Positions 9,424 through 19,838 of a DNA stretch of 64,000 nucleotides are shown piece after piece (position 1 is the stretch's first letter; each line of letters begins with the position of its first letter). Origin of the DNA: an uncultured virus (IMG/VR IMGVR_UViG_3300021960_000026) (taxonomy: Duplodnaviria > Heunggongvirae > Uroviricota > Caudoviricetes); IMG/VR virus record IMGVR_UViG_3300021960_000026. One strand, written 5' to 3'. A model generated the notes under the pieces. That model was not told the DNA's origin, did no database searches, and saw only the letters and a list, made by a program, of their open reading frames with translations. The translations under genes and the position numbers were made by a program.

Positions 9424-12400
9424 TTATATCTCCCCTGTGTTCTTGACACGCAACGGTATGTAGATAAACTCAATAGCCTTGACTGGTTCAATAGCAATGT
9501 CTACGTATAGTTCATTTCTATCGATTCTAGCCGGAGTATTGTTTGTATCATCACAAACTACTGCGAAATCGTAAAGGGCTCTTAAACCAACTAATTCAAG
9601 TAGTAATGATTCTACTGCTTGTTTAATTTCGTCCCTTGTGATTTTATCATTTGGTTCGAAGATATATGGACGAGCCAATTTATTAAGTTGGCTACGTAGA
9701 TATACAACCAAACGTGCTACGTTGATTCTGTCTAGTGCAGAAGCATTTCTTGCACGAGTCTTTTGACCGTAGTTGACCAATCCAACTCCATTAAAGAATG
9801 TAATTGGGTTAATCTTTAGATCATACAACGTATCTCTTTGACCTTCGTTTAACGCTACTGTTTGGAATTCACCTGTTGCAGCATCAATGTATCCTACTGC
9901 TGTAGCATTTGAAATTCCACCACGTCTTGTACCTGCTGGTGCAAACCATGGAAACGAAACTTGATCGCTTAGTGCAATCGTTCTCATCATCATGTGTGAA
10001 CTTGGAACAACTGCGTTTGATCCGCCTAGGTCAGTTGTAAATCCGTTTGGATAGAAAGTACCTAAGTATTCATCATATGTTACTAAACCTTCGTCACCGT
10101 TATCAGTAACTAGGCCAGCATTTGAACCCCAGTTAGTTAAAGTTGTAGCGTCTGCTGCCAATCTTAATGGTGTATCACCAATAACAAATGCTGTTAAGCC
10201 TCTGTCAATGTTAAGATTAACAAGGTTGCTCATAAGTTCTGGATATCCAGGAGCAGCAATGATGTTGAAGTTACGTCTTTCTTCATCACGTATTTGGCTG
10301 CTTGTGTCAACCGCACTCTTCATTCTTTGTACAACAACTTTACGTTGTGCTTTTCTACCGAATGAACCTGATCCGTCTTCGTTGTTACCTGATTCAGTAA
10401 CCCAACGATCAGTTGCATATGGACCCATTGCTTCGCCTGGTGCTGCACCAAAGCGTGGATTGTCTGCTGTTGTGTCGATGTAGTTGTTAGCATAACGCTT
10501 AACGTTACCGCCACTTCTACGCAAGTTCCATAACAGCATACCTTGTGGATACAGTGCAGGGTCTGGAGCATCTGGATCTAGGAAGTCTGCCTTCATTAAA
10601 TCCTTAATAGTTGCTGCTGTGTTACCAGTAGCACCTGTTGAACCATAACGTGCATCTGCAAACAGTACACCGTCTTCAGTTGTTTGGTCAGTCTTATCAA
10701 CTAATACCCATCTTTCTGAAGCAGGACCTGATTGGAGGCTGTCATACTTGTAAATTGTTGGATAGTTTTCAATGTCTGTTGTTGAAATCCAAAGGTCTCC
10801 GTCTACTGTAGTTCCTGAAACATATGGATTTGATGCAGCAACGATTGGTGTGTAACCAACTCTATCGCTAGCCGCTTCAACATATGGACTTGTTGTACTT
10901 CTGTAACCTACCCAAGTAGTACCATCGTGTATCATCATGTCCACATCTGAAAACTCTGGATTGTACCAAAGTTGTCCATTTGCAGGTTCTGCTTCTGGAT
11001 TGTTTGAACTAGCATAAAAGTCACTTGCTGAAAGTGGTTGCCAGTTAGAAGCAAGATATCTATTCTCAGCAGTTGAATCATCAACACCAGGCGCTAATTG
11101 ACTGCGTCCTGTGCTGTATGAAGCATCTGATAAGTTATAGAAGTTAGCAGATCCTTCTGCTGTGTCAATGTTGTAAGGTGTAAACAATGCACCAACGGCA
11201 TCTCTACCAACATCACGCATTCTGAAATCACCACCTGTCTTGTGTGAAATTGTGATTTCATTATTTGCTGTTACTGCTGCAACAATGTTAGTAAGTCCTG
11301 CTGCGTTAATGGCTGCTGCCATTGTGTTAGCATCTGAACTTGCACCTGAACTTGTAAATGTTACTCTTACTGGACTGTTAAGTGCTTCCTGATTTAGGAT
11401 GGACTCTTCAATTTCAAAGGAGTAATCATCTGCTGTAAGTTGAGTTGCAACAACCGCTGACTTAATTGTTGTATTGCCTGTAGCAGCTCTGCGCCATACG
11501 CGGAACACTGCTGTTGCAGGTGAATCGTCATATAGGCTGTGCTCAAAAGCATTCGTTTGAACAAATAAACTATCAACAGGAAGATTTTTACCTGCTCCGC
11601 TTCTATCTAATGAATAGATTGCAGAGTGTCCTGTTGCATATAATGGAGCGTCCTTAGCAACCCAAGTTGATGTTGCAGAATCCCATCTCTTTGCTCTCCA
11701 ACGTGCACCGTTGTTTGGTTCTGTTGTTTTGATCCATACAGAGCCTGTTGGTCTTGCATTTGCATCCGAACCCATTGTACCTTTCCATTGTGGAACAAGT
11801 GTGTGTGGGTTTTGATACAATTCTGGACCTTTATAAGTCGCTGCGCTGATACCAAACTCAGTTAAGTCTGCTGTACCTGCACCAATTGTAATTGTGTTTG
11901 CGTTAGAGTTTGATGTACCGTCTGTGTAAATTCTAATTGTTGAATTAACATTTTTAGCAGTAACACCAGTTATACCATAACCATTAATTTGACTTACAAT
12001 TTCATCAACTGTATCACCGCTAGTAATAGTAACTGTAGTTCCATTAATAGTAAAGTTACCTGCACCTGCTGTGATTTTGGCACTTGTTAATTGAGCTGAA
12101 ATAATTGTAGGATGGCTTGCTCTCCATTCTGGTGAACCAACTAGTACCCAATCACCTGATGCAACGCCTGCCGCTGTGTTGCCTGATGATTTGTAGTACA
12201 TTCTTGCTGCTTCTTTAGAAAATGTAAATGTTCCTGTTGCTGCTGTTCCAACTGTTTCAAATACAACTGCGTAGTCGCCGATTGAACCAACTGAACCTAG
12301 TGGAGCATTGTTTGAAACTTTTGCTGCATCATCGTCTGTTAAAACGATAGGCAGTTTGTTTGCAAACTTTTGTCCACCTGTTGTGCTAATTGCAGCACTA

Positions 12401-12849
12401 TTCCATTCTTGAATACCCCATGTAGTGGAGCCGGTGTCTATCCACCATGTACCATCCGCTGGATTCGCTCCCGGAGCCTCTGAAGTTCCTGATAATTGGG
12501 ACATATCAACGTTTGCTCTAACTACGAAAGCAGCGTTGGATACTCCTAATAAACTGTATGCTGCTAATAAACCGTATTCATTTAATTCGCTACCATGAAT
12601 TGGTGTATTGCTCGCTGTCTTTTCGAAGTTTGGTACTCCAAAAAGATCTACTAATTCTTTTTGACTTGTCACTTTAAATGCAGATCCTGCATTCGCCGCC
12701 GTAGTTGCAGAAGCAACCCCTGTGCCTGCGGCATTTGTTTTGTCTTGGGCTGTTGCCACAACAATTAATGGAGTCGTGCCCGGTTCAGCGGGTGTATAAA
12801 AACTCTCATCAATTACCGTAACTTCTACGCCGGGTGATGTAAGTGCCAT
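9424..12849 (-). CDS. gp18: Tail sheath protein (enlarged, 1141 aa)
   Basis: N-terminal SPGVEV..IDES; C-terminal PWFAPAG..RG, INPI, GQKT, LDRINVARL, FEPND, P.KA.EFIYI. Confidence 0.96.
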   Translation of the reverse strand: MALTSPGVEVTVIDESFYTPAEPGTTPLIVVATAQDKTNAAGTGVASATTAANAGSAFKVTSQKELVDLFGVPNFEKTASNTPIHGSELNEYGLLAAYSLLGVSNAAFVVRANVDMSQLSGTSEAPGANPADGTWWIDTGSTTWGIQEWNSAAISTTGGQKFANKLPIVLTDDDAAKVSNNAPLGSVGSIGDYAVVFETVGTAATGTFTFSKEAARMYYKSSGNTAAGVASGDWVLVGSPEWRASHPTIISAQLTSAKITAGAGNFTINGTTVTITSGDTVDEIVSQINGYGITGVTAKNVNSTIRIYTDGTSNSNANTITIGAGTADLTEFGISAATYKGPELYQNPHTLVPQWKGTMGSDANARPTGSVWIKTTEPNNGARWRAKRWDSATSTWVAKDAPLYATGHSAIYSLDRSGAGKNLPVDSLFVQTNAFEHSLYDDSPATAVFRVWRRAATGNTTIKSAVVATQLTADDYSFEIEESILNQEALNSPVRVTFTSSGASSDANTMAAAINAAGLTNIVAAVTANNEITISHKTGGDFRMRDVGRDAVGALFTPYNIDTAEGSANFYNLSDASYSTGRSQLAPGVDDSTAENRYLASNWQPLSASDFYASSNNPEAEPANGQLWYNPEFSDVDMMIHDGTTWVGYRSTTSPYVEAASDRVGYTPIVAASNPYVSGTTVDGDLWISTTDIENYPTIYKYDSLQSGPASERWVLVDKTDQTTEDGVLFADARYGSTGATGNTAATIKDLMKADFLDPDAPDPALYPQGMLLWNLRRSGGNVKRYANNYIDTTADNPRFGAAPGEAMGPYATDRWVTESGNNEDGSGSFGRKAQRKVVVQRMKSAVDTSSQIRDEERRNFNIIAAPGYPELMSNLVNLNIDRGLTAFVIGDTPLRLAADATTLTNWGSNAGLVTDNGDEGLVTYDEYLGTFYPNGFTTDLGGSNAVVPSSHMMMRTIALSDQVSFPWFAPAGTRRGGISNATAVGYIDAATGEFQTVALNEGQRDTLYDLKINPITFFNGVGLVNYGQKTRARNASALDRINVARLVVYLRSQLNKLARPYIFEPNDKITRDEIKQAVESLLLELVGLRALYDFAVVCDDTNNTPARIDRNELYVDIAIEPVKAIEFIYIPLRVKNTGEI

Positions 12850-12988
12850 TCCTTTATCTCCTGGTAATGTATAAACTCTTTTTTCAAAACATTACGTAAT
12901 GTATGTTATACTGTATTTAGTTGTTTGGCTTAAAAAAGGTGCTTTAAGACCAATAATATAAAGGGGACGAAAAGGTGTAAATATATGC

Positions 12989-13324
12989 ATGAGACCACTA
13001 TGTAAATGCGGTTTGCGGCCACGAGCAGTAAATTACAGGAAAGGCGAAAGAACCTACTATAGGAGCCTATGCGAAGCCTGCATGACTCACGGAGTATATC
13101 ACGGAATACCTAGGTGGTATCGAGCCGGTTATAGGACAAAGGATACCTGTGATAAGTGTGGTTTTAAATCAAAACACAGTGAAGTTTTTAGAGTATTTCA
13201 TGTGGATCAAAACTTAGATAACTGTAGGCATGCTAATTTAAAAACAGTTTGTGCTAATTGTAGGACAGTGTTAGCCAAAGAAGGCATACGCTGGAAACAA
13301 GGAGATTTAGTTCCCGACTATTGA
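12989..13324 (+). CDS. Zn-finger / HNH-like protein
   Basis: CxC, CxxC, CDKCGF...HVD.N..N...NL..VCANC. Confidence 0.7.
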   Translation: MRPLCKCGLRPRAVNYRKGERTYYRSLCEACMTHGVYHGIPRWYRAGYRTKDTCDKCGFKSKHSEVFRVFHVDQNLDNCRHANLKTVCANCRTVLAKEGIRWKQGDLVPDY

Positions 13325-13924
13325 TGCTATTTTCTTATACAGATCATCAATAGTTGAATCATTAGTTATTTCGTGATCAAACTCGGTACCTACCCAAGCC
13401 CATTCTGAAGCATGGATTTTCTTATCTTTCATTTCATTGATGAACAAGTTTGCACCAGCATTTGCTTGAACAGCAGCATCATACCATTCGGGTAATTCCC
13501 CTCTTTTAACCCAAATAATTTTGCCGCCAAGTTCCTTAATTGCTTTAATTTCGTTAGGAAAACGCACATCACTAACCACCACATTATCTCTACTTTGACG
13601 CAGTTTATTTTCTAAAGAAGCAATCCAAATATCATCGTGAAACGTTCTACGACAAACTTCCGTACCCCAGTATTGTAAAACCCAACGAGGTGTAAGGGTT
13701 GGCATTGTTAAGCGTTTTGCCCACCATTCGTCTACCTGTTCTCTCCATTCTCTTGATTCCTTTGTTCGCCCTTCCAGCATGGTTCTATCCCAGCCAAAAA
13801 CAGCAGCAACAGAATCCTTTAGAGAATCTGCGAAACTTTCTCTACGGTACTCATGGAAGTTTACAAGGTAATCAGCAACTGTATCTTTACCGCAGCCGAT
13901 AAATCCGCAAACGCCTATAATCAT
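13307..13924 (-). CDS. gp1: Deoxynucleoside monophosphate kinase
   Basis: IIGVCGFIGCGKDT P-loop, SFAD.LK, TPR.VLQ.WGTE, SDVRFPNE, H.SE. Confidence 0.93.
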   Translation of the reverse strand: MIIGVCGFIGCGKDTVADYLVNFHEYRRESFADSLKDSVAAVFGWDRTMLEGRTKESREWREQVDEWWAKRLTMPTLTPRWVLQYWGTEVCRRTFHDDIWIASLENKLRQSRDNVVVSDVRFPNEIKAIKELGGKIIWVKRGELPEWYDAAVQANAGANLFINEMKDKKIHASEWAWVGTEFDHEITNDSTIDDLYKKIASIVGN

Positions 13925-13945
13925 ATAACTCTCCTTTAAAGTTAT

Positions 13946-13973
13946 ATTATAGCGTCTTTAGATTAAATGTCAA
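13946..13973 (-). promoter_or_regulatory. Consensus sigma70 promoter for dNMP kinase
   Basis: TTGACA (13968-13973), 16 nt, TATAAT (13946-13951), then AAGGAG RBS. Confidence 0.85.
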
Positions 13974-13977
13974 GTGT

Positions 13978-14316
13978 TTAATAGAAGGGTTTTGGTTGTC
14001 CTGGCTTGCCCGTGTTAAGTTTTCTAGCCAAAACGCTCGCTGTATTAATTGATTTGGTTCTTTGCTGCCTGCGAGCCTGAGTGGGTGATGTTCTTGCTCT
14101 GGTCGTTTTCATTTTTTGAGCCCTAGCAACATTGTATTGCTGAACGCATTTTGAAGGATGGCTCACTTGCCTACCTGCTCTTGGACCCGTCGAACAGCGG
14201 AATCTTAATTTGGTTTTTCCACCTTTGGCTGTGCCAGCGGTTCTGCCCCATACCATCTTGGCAACCTCATTATAGATTTCTTCGTGTTCTTCTGTGATAA
14301 ATTCTGATGCTTTCAT
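13978..14316 (-). CDS. Small basic protein
   Basis: Likely start MKASEFITE overlapping the gp13 stop (TAATG); very Lys/Arg-rich. Confidence 0.6.
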   Translation of the reverse strand: MKASEFITEEHEEIYNEVAKMVWGRTAGTAKGGKTKLRFRCSTGPRAGRQVSHPSKCVQQYNVARAQKMKTTRARTSPTQARRQQRTKSINTASVLARKLNTGKPGQPKPFY

Positions 14317-15074
14317 TAGCCTATGATCCAACTGTATCCTTGTCCGCCAGCAACCTGGGTTCCAAGTTCCATGGTAAGTCTTTCAATGTCATTGAAACCT
14401 TCCTGCTTGATGCTTGCACCATTAAGTGCTGTACCGCCCTGTGGTCCTGCAATAGAAGCAAACTTCTCACGTGCCTGTCCTAGCATTACCTTACAGTTTG
14501 CAAGTGTGTAATCCTTGATCCACTGTCCAGCATACACATCCTCTATGATTACGAAATCTGGTTTTTCGTTGTATGCCCAAAGAAGTACTTCCTCGGTGCC
14601 TCTTGGACGTTGCATGATAATTAGTTTCTTGCTCTGTGGATTAAATGTAAAGTTGATGAATGATCCAAACATCTTTCCAACAAGTTCTTGGTACTGTGAA
14701 AATAATTCATATGTGGCAAGTCCACCCATGTTGGTTGAACTTAACAAGTATGTATTTGTGTATGCAAGATTGAAAGGTTCAAACACTGTACCTCCCGTAC
14801 CACTTCCTGTTCTAGATCCAACGCTTCTTCTATAAATCTGTCTTACCTGTTGTATTTCTTTAGGCAGAATATATTCATTCTGATCCTGTTCAAGAGAAAG
14901 TGTAATGTAACTTTCCTCAACAGAATTGTCCGATCGTTGTCTAAAAACGCCCAAGGAACGCTGAAGTGCTGTTTCATAGTGTGCAGGGTCGAGTTCCACG
15001 TCGATCATGCCATCACCTAGCATTAATCTAACGTAGTCGAATACTTGTTGTTTTGCTTTGTCAATTTGGCTCAT
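14316..15074 (-). CDS. gp13: Neck / head-tail adaptor protein
   Basis: LG..MIDVEL, WIKDY.LA.CK..LG.AR.KF..I.GP.GG..LNG motifs; start moved to MSQIDK, 5 nt after TAAATA. Confidence 0.85.
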   Translation of the reverse strand: MSQIDKAKQQVFDYVRLMLGDGMIDVELDPAHYETALQRSLGVFRQRSDNSVEESYITLSLEQDQNEYILPKEIQQVRQIYRRSVGSRTGSGTGGTVFEPFNLAYTNTYLLSSTNMGGLATYELFSQYQELVGKMFGSFINFTFNPQSKKLIIMQRPRGTEEVLLWAYNEKPDFVIIEDVYAGQWIKDYTLANCKVMLGQAREKFASIAGPQGGTALNGASIKQEGFNDIERLTMELGTQVAGGQGYSWIIG

Positions 15075-15118
15075 ATAACTATTTATGCCTTGTGCTAGAA
15101 ACGGTAAATACATATGTT

Positions 15119-16447
15119 ATGCCAAGACTAAGTTTATATCGCCCAGAAAAGGGCAACGATTACAAATTCATCGACAGAACTGCATGGGAGATGTTCCAAG
15201 TGGGTGGTACCGACGTGCTTATGCACAAGTACCTAGGAGCCGTAGCGACCGCAAAAACTGCAACTCCTAGTGAGCCCAGTTATAGCACACTAAGCCCTAC
15301 AAACATACAGGACATGTTGTTTCTTGAGAATAGAGATAGAAAATACGATCCTGATGTATATGTTATGCGTGGTGTTTATAACGTACAGGACATAGATTTT
15401 AATCTAAGCCAGTTTGGTTTGTTCCTGCAGAATGACACTATCTTTATTACTTTCCACATCAATGATACTGTGGAAAAACTTGGTAGAAAAATTATACCAG
15501 GTGATGTTATCGAACTACCGCACCTAAAGGACGAATACGCACTCAACGATTTAAATTATGCATTAAAGAGATTTTATGTTGTTGAAGATGTAAATCGTGC
15601 TGCTGAAGGATTTTCGGTAACGTGGTATCCACATTTGTATCGTGCAAAGTGTAAACCACTTGTGGATTCACAGGAGTTCAAGGACATCCTGGATCAAATT
15701 GCAGATTCGGAAAACTTCAAGGGTGCGTGGAACCCAGATTCCACATACTATCCAGGCGATACAGTTACGGCGCCTAATGGAGAGAAATACACAGTAATAA
15801 GAGAAGTAGCAGGTATTGCTCCGCCAGATACGACTTACTATAAACTTGCAGATACTCTCAAGGATATTATGTCCACATACGAGAAAGAAATGCAAATTAC
15901 ACAGGCTGTGCTTAACCAAGCAGAAGCAGATGCTCCTCAGAGTGGATATGATACGACTAAACTTTATACTTTACAAAGAGATGAAACAGGCAAGGCTGAA
16001 CTAGTATCTGCAGATACCACACTCGACGATGCAACGCTTGAATCTGTTACTGCTGATACTGTATTCCAATCTGCCGAAGCCAACGGTTACAAAGGATACC
16101 TACTCGAAGATGGTATTCCACCTAACGGTGCTCCGTTTACACAGGGCATAGCATTCCCAATAGGGCCTGCAGAAGGACAATTCCATTTACGAACAGATTA
16201 CAAGCCAACAAGATTGTTCCGTTATGCAAAAGGAAGATGGAGCAAGGTAGAGGATGATGTGAGAACAAATATTACTAACCTTGGTTCTAGTGATGTTGCG
16301 GCAGGAGCAACATTTGCTGGAAAAGTTGAAAAAGAAAATCTTAAGAGTTCGTTTATCAATAATACAAACGAAACAGTCATTGATGGACAAACAGTCAAAG
16401 AAAAACAGAGCTTGTCCAAGGCACTTAAACCCGAGGCAGATGATTAA
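15119..16447 (+). CDS. gp14: Neck protein (gp14-like) with inserted module
   Basis: LSQFGLF..ND..FITFH...GDVIELPH...FYVVEDV; located between gp13 and gp15; start MPRLSLY after TAAATA at 15105. Confidence 0.7.
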   Translation: MPRLSLYRPEKGNDYKFIDRTAWEMFQVGGTDVLMHKYLGAVATAKTATPSEPSYSTLSPTNIQDMLFLENRDRKYDPDVYVMRGVYNVQDIDFNLSQFGLFLQNDTIFITFHINDTVEKLGRKIIPGDVIELPHLKDEYALNDLNYALKRFYVVEDVNRAAEGFSVTWYPHLYRAKCKPLVDSQEFKDILDQIADSENFKGAWNPDSTYYPGDTVTAPNGEKYTVIREVAGIAPPDTTYYKLADTLKDIMSTYEKEMQITQAVLNQAEADAPQSGYDTTKLYTLQRDETGKAELVSADTTLDDATLESVTADTVFQSAEANGYKGYLLEDGIPPNGAPFTQGIAFPIGPAEGQFHLRTDYKPTRLFRYAKGRWSKVEDDVRTNITNLGSSDVAAGATFAGKVEKENLKSSFINNTNETVIDGQTVKEKQSLSKALKPEADD

Positions 16448-16617
16448 TGCGCATTAATGAAATATTAGGATTTGCAAGAACAAGCGGAAAAAAGTTTACG
16501 GTTAAAAAACGTCCTCCTGAAAAGTTTGACGAACCTGTTGCACTAAAAATTAAGAATAGACGAGCAGATGCTGCCAAGGGCAAGGATGATGCTTGGAAGA
16601 ATAAGGTATCTAAATAA
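16447..16617 (+). CDS. Small basic protein (56 aa, MRINEILG...), not in the supplied ORF track
   Basis: ATG overlaps the gp14 stop and its TAA overlaps the gp15 ATG (TAATG coupling at both ends). Confidence 0.65.
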   Translation: MRINEILGFARTSGKKFTVKKRPPEKFDEPVALKIKNRRADAAKGKDDAWKNKVSK

Positions 16618-18041
16618 TGGATTTTTTCTACGACGGACAGATTAGAAGATATGTAACACAGTTTATGAGAATCTTCATTGGCTTTAAATATGAAGCCGGC
16701 AATGGGGATCAGCAATCTGTACCGGTCATGTATGGAGATTTGACAAGACAGGTTGCAAACATCATTAGAGAAAATTCAGAAAACAAACTTCCAACTGTTC
16801 CTAGAATGGCTTGCTATGTTACCGGTCTTGAAATGGATCAATCTAGATTGTCTGATCCTACATTTATCAGTAAGGTAAACATTAGAGAAAGAGACTCCTA
16901 TATCGATGCTAGTGGAGAAAGAGTATATACCGGTGCTCCTGGTAAGAGCGTTACCGTTGAGAGATTAATGCCAACGCCATACAAGTTAACGATGAAGTGT
17001 GATATATGGACTTCCAACACTGATCAAAAGTTACAACTACTCGAGCAAATTTTAGTCTTGTTTAATCCAGCATTAGAAATACAAACAACAGACAACTACA
17101 TTGATTGGACTAGTCTGAGTGTTGTTTATATGACGGGCATGAACTTTACTTCTAGATCGATTCCGGCAGGAGTTGATTCAGATATTGATATTTGTTCGGT
17201 AGATTTTGAAATCCCTTGTTGGATTTCACCGCCAGCAAAAGTTAAAAAACTTGGTATTGTTCGTAGCATTATTGCAAATATATTTACGGAAGATGGAGAC
17301 ATTGCTAATATTTCCACACTCATTTACAATCAAAATACATCAAATACTGTATATGTTAATGCAAGATATCCTGTATTATTGTTCAAAGCAAATAATGGTC
17401 AGGACTATGATTATGAGCTAACGATACTTGATCAAAATGCAGCAATACAGTTCTTAGGTCTCGATGAAAAAGATTATGTTAATGGTAGAAAACTAGATTG
17501 GAATGCTGTTCTAGCAACACTAGGAAACTTTACTCCGGGTACAAGTATGGTGCATTTTAGACAACCCGACGGATCGGAAATATCAGGAACCATAGCGATT
17601 AATCCTGTTGATCCTTTTATATTGTTGGTTAGCATTGATCGTGACACTCTAAATCAAAACACATTAATAAACAGTTCTCAATATCCAACTGGTAGGGGAA
17701 CCATTGACGCAATTGTTGATCCAACAAGATACAATCCAATAGGAAAATTAGGTACAATTCCCACAGGACATAGATTCCTTGTGTTAGAAGATGTGGCCGA
17801 AGATGCCGCTGGATGGGAAAACAATGACGGAACAAATACCACAATAAAAACAAATTCAATAGTAGAATGGAATGGTAATTCTTGGAACGTTATATTTGAT
17901 CCGGCAACAGCATTGTCAACCACATATGTTTCTAATTTAACCACAGGCATACAGTACAAATGGGATGGTATACAATGGCTTAAATCCTTTGAAGGCGAAT
18001 ATGCACCAGGATATTGGAGATTTGATCCAGAAGGCGCATAA
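16617..18041 (+). CDS. gp15: Tail terminator / sheath stabiliser with C-terminal extension
   Basis: FFYD.QIRRY...F, VPV.YG, PRM, P.PY.L....IW..N..Q.LQ.LEQIL..FNP motifs. Confidence 0.85.
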   Translation: MDFFYDGQIRRYVTQFMRIFIGFKYEAGNGDQQSVPVMYGDLTRQVANIIRENSENKLPTVPRMACYVTGLEMDQSRLSDPTFISKVNIRERDSYIDASGERVYTGAPGKSVTVERLMPTPYKLTMKCDIWTSNTDQKLQLLEQILVLFNPALEIQTTDNYIDWTSLSVVYMTGMNFTSRSIPAGVDSDIDICSVDFEIPCWISPPAKVKKLGIVRSIIANIFTEDGDIANISTLIYNQNTSNTVYVNARYPVLLFKANNGQDYDYELTILDQNAAIQFLGLDEKDYVNGRKLDWNAVLATLGNFTPGTSMVHFRQPDGSEISGTIAINPVDPFILLVSIDRDTLNQNTLINSSQYPTGRGTIDAIVDPTRYNPIGKLGTIPTGHRFLVLEDVAEDAAGWENNDGTNTTIKTNSIVEWNGNSWNVIFDPATALSTTYVSNLTTGIQYKWDGIQWLKSFEGEYAPGYWRFDPEGA

Positions 18042-18049
18042 GTATTCGT

Positions 18050-18436
18050 ATGCAAAAACGTGTAGGTCTATTATATCTTTCCTTATCAACAAGAAGAATC
18101 TTGCTTATCCTTGAAAATGATAAGTGGACAGTTCCTACATTTTCAAAAGAAAAATCAGTAATCGAAGACAGCAAGGATGTGCAGAAAAAGTTTGCTGAGG
18201 GTAAAATTTTACCTATAGAACTTTATCTTTCTAAGGACAAAGGGTTCGAATACGGAACATATATTTGCCTAGTAAATGATGAGTTTTTAACAAAAACTGT
18301 GGCAACATTTTGTTGGGCTGATTTGGATTATCTCCCCAAGAATGTTCATGTGGGATTAAAGAGCACGTTAAATAATAATCTAATCAGAACCAAGATTGAA
18401 ACAGTATTGGAGTTAGAGGATGCTATCACTATATAA
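18050..18436 (+). CDS. Hypothetical protein, possibly degenerate NUDIX-like fold
   Basis: VG.LY......R.LLIL...W..P...F.Y.TY.C.V..EF...W..L..LP...H.GL pattern, but no Nudix box. Confidence 0.45.
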   Translation: MQKRVGLLYLSLSTRRILLILENDKWTVPTFSKEKSVIEDSKDVQKKFAEGKILPIELYLSKDKGFEYGTYICLVNDEFLTKTVATFCWADLDYLPKNVHVGLKSTLNNNLIRTKIETVLELEDAITI

Positions 18437-18704
18437 ATCAGAAAAATTTCAGAACGAAGTTCGTTCCTTTAGAGACAGAATTTCTAAGGTCGATGACTTA
18501 AAATTAAAAACTAATTTAGAAAATCAAATTAATAAATTAGAATCCATAGTTAAATCTTTGGACTCGCAGTTTGAAGAAATGATTTATAGTAAACAGATAG
18601 GATCTAACAGCAACGATTCTAGAACCAAAATATCCGACATACGAAAATTTGTGGATTCTAAGTTATTAGACTTTGAAAAATCAAAAAAACTTTCTATTAA
18701 ATAG
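18420..18704 (+). CDS. Small coiled-coil protein
   Basis: 94 aa, GAGG RBS, heptad-like pattern. Confidence 0.55.
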   Translation: MLSLYKSEKFQNEVRSFRDRISKVDDLKLKTNLENQINKLESIVKSLDSQFEEMIYSKQIGSNSNDSRTKISDIRKFVDSKLLDFEKSKKLSIK

Positions 18705-19809
18705 AATTGAAATCTTTAATTGTTATACTACCCACCATGGCAGCATGGTTTTGACATTGATATCTATAGCCTCCTGATATAGCAGAAGGTATTCTCCAAT
18801 ATAAGGTACCGGAATCTTTTCCTTGTGCATTAGGACCAGTAGAAACAGTTCCGTCTGTTGCAACGTGAACTAGTCCTGTGTTGTATGCAACTCCTGCTCC
18901 TGTTTGTATTTCAAAAGGATGTCCTGTGGCATTTAATTTAAAAGCCATAGTAGTTCTATTGATTGCATATATTGTAGGATTATTTCCTGAATAATGACTG
19001 TTAAACAGGTAAGCACTAGTACCAGTATTAGTTACTTCTAAGGTAAACATCGCAGGCATGTATATTTCGTCAATTGTTAATCCTGCGGCAACAGCATCTG
19101 TTAACAAAGAAAAATTAGGGACACCAGAAACCACTGTGCTGGCAATAGTTATTGTGTCTGTTCCGGCATTGGTTGTAATGTTCATTCCAGCGCCAGCAAC
19201 AATTGTTAGGGTATCGGTAGTGGAATCCGCTACAATATTATCCTGCCCTCCAACTGCTATTGTGTTGAAAGAATTTGTGGAACCTCCAGCGGATGCGGCA
19301 ATAGTAATTGTGTTTGTTGCATTATCCGTTGTTATGATAACGTTTGATCCTTGTGCAAAGGTTACACTATCTGACAGTTGTGATGCAGTTACATCAGACT
19401 GACCGCTAACACTAAAGGTAGAAAAACTGTTGTTTGTGTTTGTGACAGTTAAAGCACCTTCATCGTTAGTGGTGGTTGATATTCCATCACCTCCTAAGAT
19501 AGAAAGTACTTCTCCTGATTGAAGTATTCTCTGTGTTGAGTCGTCCGCAGCGATAGTAATCTCACTACTTCCTCCTGCTCCTCCACCAACACCCGCGGAT
19601 GATGCTTTTGCTAAAAAGTCAGCATTTGAAACATTATCAAGATCACTTCTAGCAAGTGTATGCCCGCCGGTAGTATTCCCGTCATATAGCCTTAAGGAAT
19701 TGGTATCTCTATCAAAGAATATTTCACCACTGGTTCCGGACTTTCTTCCAAGATAGTCCGTTTCTCTGGGTATTAATCTAACTGCGGTTAAAACTGGAAT
19801 TTTCGACAT
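18697..19809 (-). CDS. Virion fibre-like protein with C-terminal cupredoxin-like domain
   Basis: N-terminal GEIFFD.DT..LR.YDG.T.GG, Thr-rich internal repeats, C-terminal GHPF...YQC..H..M.G.I. Confidence 0.65.
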   Translation of the reverse strand: MSKIPVLTAVRLIPRETDYLGRKSGTSGEIFFDRDTNSLRLYDGNTTGGHTLARSDLDNVSNADFLAKASSAGVGGGAGGSSEITIAADDSTQRILQSGEVLSILGGDGISTTTNDEGALTVTNTNNSFSTFSVSGQSDVTASQLSDSVTFAQGSNVIITTDNATNTITIAASAGGSTNSFNTIAVGGQDNIVADSTTDTLTIVAGAGMNITTNAGTDTITIASTVVSGVPNFSLLTDAVAAGLTIDEIYMPAMFTLEVTNTGTSAYLFNSHYSGNNPTIYAINRTTMAFKLNATGHPFEIQTGAGVAYNTGLVHVATDGTVSTGPNAQGKDSGTLYWRIPSAISGGYRYQCQNHAAMVGSITIKDFNSI

Positions 19810-19838
19810 ACTGTATTTATGCGATAAGTAATAGAGTT

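Noticed and set aside
16611..16616. TAAATA directly abutting the gp15 ATG as a promoter
   Set aside because: Zero spacing; explained by the Ser-Lys-stop codons of the upstream 56-aa ORF (translational coupling)
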